Source: Ascoidea asiatica JCM 7603 (taxonomy: Eukaryota; Fungi; Ascomycota). Taken from it: a stretch of 64,000 nucleotides of DNA. The stretch is from NCBI GenBank assembly GCA_001600695.1, contig BCKQ01000008.1, positions 70,453 to 134,452 of the forward strand, read 5' to 3'. Positions 58,158 through 64,000 of the stretch are shown piece by piece (the first letter of the stretch is position 1; each line of letters starts with the position of its first letter). Below the pieces are notes generated by a model. The model had not been told where the DNA came from. It did no database searches and saw only the letters and a program-made list of their open reading frames with translations. The translations under genes and the position numbers were made by a program.

Positions 58158-60488
58158 ATGGGAGATACAGAAACTATTAATACCACTAATAATACTCAGA
58201 TTAATAATAATAATGATAATAATGATAATGATAATAATAAAAGTAATAAAAATACAACTTCAGATAATTGGAATGTAGATGTTTGCTTTAAAGTTATAAA
58301 TTCCAGTACTATTCCAAAGATATCATTTATAAATTTAAATTTAAATGCTCCTTTTATATTAATATTAAATGATTATTCAAATTTTATTCAAATATCGGAT
58401 TTTAATAATAATTCAATTATTGAATTTTTTTTAAATGGTGATAAGTTAGTTATTTCAAATAATTCAATATCAATTTTAAATTTACTTAATAAATTACCAA
58501 TTAATTCTTCTATTATAAATATTGATGTAATTTTAAAAGTTTTACCTTTAAGTATTCCTCTTACTTTCTTACCCGATAATACCACTACCACCACCACTAC
58601 TACTACCACTACTACTACCACTAATAATAATAATGATAATAATATCTTAAATCCAATATCCATATCAATCAGATTCAATGAAATGAATTTAATTTATAAA
58701 TTAACTTCAAAATCAAGGAAAAAAAAATTAAATTCTTCAAATATTTATTCAGGTTTATTTTTTTCTATATTTCCTCAACTTACCACCACTGATCATAAAG
58801 ATAATAATAATATAAGTGATAATATAAGTGATAATATAAGTGATAATGAAATTGATAAGAATAAGGAAAGTGACAAGAAAGATGATAAGGAAAATGATAA
58901 TGATAATTATAATGAAATAATGAAATTATTAAACTCAGATTTCCCACCATATAATTATATTCTATTAACTTATTTAGTATCAAATTCTTCTTCATTCTCA
59001 AGTATTTTTCTTGATTTTATGATGAGAATTTTTCCAACAAATTTATTAAAATATTTAAAAGAAAATGATAAAAAAATTTTAAAATTTATTCATAATTCAA
59101 ATTCAAATTTATTTCTTGATTTTTTTCAAAAAATTAATAATTATTCTAAAAAAAATTTTAATTTAATTTCAAATCCAATTATTGCTAAATTTTTTACTTC
59201 AAATGAACTTTTATCCAATATTAATATTAATATCAATAATAATCAAAATCAAAATCAAAATCATAATTATAATCAAAATTCAAAAATAATTACAAAAGAA
59301 TCTCCAATAGAAAAAGAACTTTTAAAGGAAACAACAAAATTACCTTCAAAGGTAATCTCTAAAATAACTTCAAAGATTGATACTTCCATAAATACAAAAT
59401 TAAACCATAATATAATATCTAAAGAAAATTCTAAAGAAAATTCTAAAGAAAATTCTAAAGAAAGCTCTAAAGAAAGCTCTAAAGAAAGCTCTAAAGAAAG
59501 CTCTAAAGAAAGCTCTAAAGAAAGCTCTAAAGAAAGCTCTAAAGAAAGCTCTAAAGAAAGTTCTAGAAAAGTCTCACTCTCAAGCCCGATTAATCACTCT
59601 GTTACAAATTTTATCAATAATATTCTCACTCATCCAAGTCATGATCGTAATAATAATAATAATCATAATCATAATAATAATCATAATCATAATAATAGTA
59701 ACAATAATAATAGTTTTGATAAACGGAAATCATCAACATCTAAAAGAAAATCAATTTCAGAAATTGAAGATGATACTTTAAAAAAACCCACTAATAACTC
59801 AAGTTTAAAAAGACAAAAACCAAATTTATTTACATTAAATAATAAAAATTTAGAATCTCATTCTACTATAATGGGTGAAAATATATCACCAGTTCAAAGT
59901 ATTGTTCAAATGAATGAACCTGAAGCTACTCCACCTTGGGTTTCGCCACATCTTAAAACAATGGCAACAAAAGATCCAAGAAGAGCTATTTATTCAAAAC
60001 TTCCTAAAAAACCTAATAGTAGTAATAACAATATTTCTAAAAATGCTTTCCCACAAGGTCCTAAACTGTCTTCAGTTACTACATCCAATTCAAATCTCAC
60101 CTCTTCTATACCATCTACTTTACCTTCTATTCCTAATAAAAAGTCTATTCATTCTTCAGTTTCTCCAACGCAACAAGGTCCTAATTATAGACGTAATTCT
60201 TCAATACATCTGAATATTAAACCTAATTCGGTTACAAAAAATACTATATCAATTGCTATTAATATAATTACAAAAAATGATATAAAATATGTCAAATCTA
60301 ATGAAGTTAGTGTATTCTCGATTTTAAAAGATGTTATAACTTCAACATTGAAATATTATGGGTATCCATTCAATTCTTTTGATATCAAATCAAAAGCTAA
60401 TTCTAATGCACCTCTTTATTATAATCGATCTTTGGTAGCTAATGGGATAAAAGATGAAGATTGTGTTTTGGTTACACTTTATTATTAA
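58158..60488 (+). CDS. Uncharacterised low-complexity protein with possible ubiquitin-like domains at both ends
   Basis: 776-codon ORF with genome-typical codon use. C-terminal PLYYNRSLVANGIKDEDCVLV resembles the end of a Ubl fold. Promoter has GTCACGTG (~57823) and ACGCGT (~57849). Confidence 0.75.
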   Translation: MGDTETINTTNNTQINNNNDNNDNDNNKSNKNTTSDNWNVDVCFKVINSSTIPKISFINLNLNAPFILILNDYSNFIQISDFNNNSIIEFFLNGDKLVISNNSISILNLLNKLPINSSIINIDVILKVLPLSIPLTFLPDNTTTTTTTTTTTTTTNNNNDNNILNPISISIRFNEMNLIYKLTSKSRKKKLNSSNIYSGLFFSIFPQLTTTDHKDNNNISDNISDNISDNEIDKNKESDKKDDKENDNDNYNEIMKLLNSDFPPYNYILLTYLVSNSSSFSSIFLDFMMRIFPTNLLKYLKENDKKILKFIHNSNSNLFLDFFQKINNYSKKNFNLISNPIIAKFFTSNELLSNINININNNQNQNQNHNYNQNSKIITKESPIEKELLKETTKLPSKVISKITSKIDTSINTKLNHNIISKENSKENSKENSKESSKESSKESSKESSKESSKESSKESSKESSKESSRKVSLSSPINHSVTNFINNILTHPSHDRNNNNNHNHNNNHNHNNSNNNNSFDKRKSSTSKRKSISEIEDDTLKKPTNNSSLKRQKPNLFTLNNKNLESHSTIMGENISPVQSIVQMNEPEATPPWVSPHLKTMATKDPRRAIYSKLPKKPNSSNNNISKNAFPQGPKLSSVTTSNSNLTSSIPSTLPSIPNKKSIHSSVSPTQQGPNYRRNSSIHLNIKPNSVTKNTISIAINIITKNDIKYVKSNEVSVFSILKDVITSTLKYYGYPFNSFDIKSKANSNAPLYYNRSLVANGIKDEDCVLVTLYY
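59421..59564 (+). repeat. 12-bp tandem repeat AAAGAAA(AT/GC)TCT, about 12 copies (KENS/KESS)
   Basis: Read directly from the sequence. Confidence 0.93.
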
Positions 60489-61245
60489 TTTATCAGATAT
60501 TATAATTTGTTTGAAAGTCTTCATGACCTTGCATATATTCAAATTTTTCCTTTTCATTTTATATTCTATTTATTCGGGATCTTTAAAATTCATCATCTTT
60601 TTTACTGATATGTTAAATTTCTTATAATTTTTTCAAGTTTCCTGGTTAGGAAAAAAAAAAGGAAGAATAAAAAAAGGCTTTTGATAATCATTAATTGTAT
60701 ATAATAGTAAAGATATAAAAGTAATTTATAGTGGAATAAAACGGAAGATATATTTTAGTGGTGAAACAAACGTCGGAGATACTAATCATTATATACTACA
60801 ATTTTGTTAAATTCATAAACAAAGCCAAAAAAGAATGCTTAAGATAAAATATGTCGTGATGAGAAGAAGCAATTGTTTGGGAACTATTGAATAAGAAAAT
60901 TGAAGGTACATTATTTTTTTTCCAATTTTTCTTATCTGAAGCTTACTAAACATGGCATAGTTTCAAATGTTTCGCTATAAGACTGGTAATATAGATTTGA
61001 ATTACCAATGCTGTTTTTCAAATAATGAATATTGCTTTTATATTCCTTTTCAGAGTAACCATTCAAGCTTATTGAACTCTTAAATAGAAACTAATAAACA
61101 TGTATTAAAGAAAGAACATTAACAGAAAAGTCTAAGATAAGTCTCAGTAGATATTAATTTTGTAAAACAGATAGACAAAAAGAAAGCCACTTTAAACAGA
61201 AACATTCTTTTATGAAATTTATTTTTTGAAAGGCAACGTATTCCT

Positions 61246-61318
61246 GGGCGTGTGGCGTAGTTGGTAGCGCGTCTGCTTAGCGTGCAGAAGGTCTCCGGTT
61301 CGACTCCGGACTCGTCCA
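61246..61318 (+). tRNA. tRNA-Ala (AGC), copy 3
   Basis: 73 nt identical to copies 1 and 2; TTTTT terminator at 61323-61327. Confidence 0.97.
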
Positions 61319-61501
61319 CTCCTTTTTGTATGCACAATACAAAAAAACTATTATAAAGAAATATTTATTAATTTTATATTGTATACTTTTTTTTATCTTG
61401 TTAAAAAAATATTAAAGCCTTTTTTACTTGCTTCAAGAAATCGAATAAAAGAATTTTAATAAGAAATATCTATTTTGAATGTATTTCAAATAATAATACT
61501 G

Positions 61502-61532
<31 letters not shown>

Positions 61533-61815
61533 AATAAACAAAGAAGAAATTATGTAATAAGAAATTATGTAATGAAAATAAATTATTGTAGTGTTTAAGT
61601 AATATTAATAACTCTATGAAATTAAAATAAGAAGTAGAAGATAAAGATGAAAAAGAAATGCAGAAATAGTTTATAATAATTTTTTTTTTTTTTTGTATAT
61701 GAAATTTGTTTGAAATAACAATTAACCGAAAAAAACCAAACCAGAAAAAGTATGATGATAAAAATAAATAAATAATGATGAATTGAAATATGATTAAAGT
61801 AGAGTGAAATTAAAT

Positions 61816-62655
61816 TTATGCTAATTCATCAAATTCTTTTATTGCTTCAGATATTCTACCATTAATTTCACCATCAGTTGATTCAATAGAAGTATAATCA
61901 CCAGATTTATCAGAATAAGTATATTCTGAACCTGAAGAATAATCAGATACAGTTAATTTTTTAACATGCATATTAAATGGAGCTTGAGTATAATCAGTAT
62001 AACCACCAGCCCATTCAATTGTACCAATTTCATTAGTTGGATCACCACCAGCCCATAAACCAATAAATATATACATTGGAGTTTGTGGATAACCTTCAGA
62101 AGTTTCTGGAGTTAAAGTTCTAACTAAAATTGAATCAATATAAAAATCTAATTGATCTTTTGTCCAATTTAAAGTATAATTATGATAATCACTAACAGCA
62201 TTTTCAACAGCATGATAAGCACCTCTATCATAAGTTTCAACATTACCTTGATAAAAATAATTTGATTGAGCTTGAACATTATCACCACCTAACCATTCCC
62301 AATCAATTTCATCAAGTATATCACTTTGTAAAAAAACACAAGAAACGATTCCAGTACCTGAAGCAGGTTTAACAATTGCTTCAACTTTACCAAACATTAT
62401 TGTAACATTTGATTTTATTGAAGGATTATCACCTTGTTCAGATAAAGTTAATTCAATTCCATCATCTGTATAATCAACAGAACCTGTAGTACCATATCTT
62501 TCAAAATATTTTGATTCAGATTTAAAATCTTCAGAAAATGAAGAACCTAAAGCAGCAACTGGAGAACAAGTTTCACTTAATGGATTACAATCAACTGCAA
62601 AAGCTGGAATTGTGATTAATGAGGATAGTATTGAATAGAATAATATTGACACCAT
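61816..62655 (-). CDS. GH16 chitin transglycosylase, Crh1-like, catalytic domain only
   Basis: Signal peptide, CNPL...C..VAALG, catalytic DEIDWEW, QSNYF..G, YDRG, YPQTPM, GLWAGGD, GTIEWAGG. Ends EFDELA with no S/T stalk or GPI signal. Confidence 0.92.
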   Translation of the reverse strand: MVSILFYSILSSLITIPAFAVDCNPLSETCSPVAALGSSFSEDFKSESKYFERYGTTGSVDYTDDGIELTLSEQGDNPSIKSNVTIMFGKVEAIVKPASGTGIVSCVFLQSDILDEIDWEWLGGDNVQAQSNYFYQGNVETYDRGAYHAVENAVSDYHNYTLNWTKDQLDFYIDSILVRTLTPETSEGYPQTPMYIFIGLWAGGDPTNEIGTIEWAGGYTDYTQAPFNMHVKKLTVSDYSSGSEYTYSDKSGDYTSIESTDGEINGRISEAIKEFDELA

Positions 62656-63627
62656 TTTTTATTTATTATTATTATTGTTATTGTTATTATTTGAATATAT
62701 TAATTGAGTATTTGTATATAACTAGTTGATTTAATTTAGTATTGAAATAATAATAAAAGAAGAGATTGAATACAATAGTTGATATAAAAAAAAGGGAAAT
62801 CCTCAATAGTTTATATATTAAATTTCCTCATTATTATTTGTATATTATTTCTATTAAATATTCATTACTACCCAATGATCTTAAAATACTTCAATGAGGT
62901 AAATAATATCCAGCTCTCAAATATTTACATATTCTTTGCATATTGCATATATTGCATATATTCCATAACTTCTAAAGGTGATTTGAATAAATAATTTGAT
63001 TCAATTTGATCTGAATTGATTTAAAATTAGATTAGTCGAAGAAATGCTTAACTAAAAATAAAAATATTAAAAACAATAAAAACAATGGAATAAACTTAAA
63101 ATAAACATCAAATAAAAATACCAGCTTTTTTTTTCCTTTGCAGCCTGCGCATGACCAAAGCCAAGCCCCACACACAGGTAAACACCGCCACGTTGCCACG
63201 CACCAGCGCTTTTTCAGTGCTTGTTTTCCTCCTGCGCTGGGCTCCAGATGTGGCGGATTGTCAACACGCGTGAAGTTGTCAACGTTAAAAGTCCTTGCTG
63301 AAGTCTTTTGTCAACAGCCGTCTGCGCGAAAAGAAGCAAGCAGAATTGATGCATGTGCACCAGCCACAGTAACAGCCTCAAAAAGGAGTAGTAAAAAAAA
63401 AAAAAAACAAGAGCATCCACCCAAATGGCGACACTTAAGTATGCATACTTCCACCTCCATCCGCATTTCTATAAAATCATCGCCTTCTCTAAAAATAAAT
63501 AATTTTTAAAATAATCATTGAAATATTTGAAGAGTTTCCATTTTTACCAAAGTTCCATCATATTTTTATCATACTTTTATTATATTTTTTTTCAAATCAA
63601 GTCTATGTATCTAATATCTATTCATGA

Positions 63628-64000
63628 TCATTCAAAATCTTTTAATTCAATCCCCAATTTATCACACATGTCTCTGAAAATTCCATTTTCGTTATTATAA
63701 AGCTTAATCGGTTCATCAAATTCTTCAATTTCACCTTTTTCTAAGACCAAAATTTTATCATAATTCAAAATAGTTCTTAATCTATGAGCGATACATAGTA
63801 TTGTACAATCTTTGAATTCGGTTTTAATAGTATTTTGAATCTTAGAATCGGTTTCATAATCAACACTTGATGTAGCTTCATCCAATATTAGTATCTTTGA
63901 GTTACGTACCAAAGCCCTAGCTAATGCTAGTAATTGTCTTTCTCCCAAGGAAAAATTACTACCTTCATCTTCAACTTGTTGATCTAAATGGAATTTATGA
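63628..64000 (-). CDS. ABCC/MRP-type ABC transporter, C-terminal NBD2 (5' part outside window), Yor1-like
   Basis: KFHLDQQVEDEGSNFSLGERQLLALARALVR, ILILDEATSSVDYETD, CIAHRL. Confidence 0.93.
   Translation of the reverse strand, partial: HKFHLDQQVEDEGSNFSLGERQLLALARALVRNSKILILDEATSSVDYETDSKIQNTIKTEFKDCTILCIAHRLRTILNYDKILVLEKGEIEEFDEPIKLYNNENGIFRDMCDKLGIELKDFE

Overview
A 64 kb piece of a very AT-rich budding-yeast (Saccharomycotina) chromosome with poly-Asn-rich proteins and many microsatellites. I found no recognisable introns. The style resembles Ascoidea (CUG-Ser2 clade), but that is inference only. Positions 1-48 kb are mostly core genes: MPS2-like (partial, missed by the ORF track), RAP1, GPI17-like, CCT2, CDC28, IFA38, a GRE1/SIP18-like hydrophilin, STE23-like, a broken FLC/TRP-like gene, NRK1, RRP1, two divergent synaptobrevins, NMA111, SSS1, MRP35, VPS36, MCM2, PIN2, VAM3 and SET1. 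Positions 48-64 kb look more accessory: an F-box/LRR gene, three small secreted Pga29/31-like paralogues, three identical tRNA-Ala(AGC) genes, an orphan with possible ubiquitin-like ends, a GPI-less CRH1-like GH16 and the 3' end of a YOR1-like ABC transporter. Four observations stand out. (1) A tandem pair of R-SNARE-fold genes in which the zero-layer Arg is Asn in both. (2) All three tRNA-Ala genes encode G37 instead of the A37 that Tad1 normally edits, suggesting the edit is hard-wired. (3) Cell-wall-family genes lacking GPI signals occur in the same window as a C-terminally truncated GPI-transamidase subunit. (4) GC content is inverted, with promoter cores and one small gene far more GC-rich than the long CDSs. 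All homology calls come from recalled motifs, not database searches.
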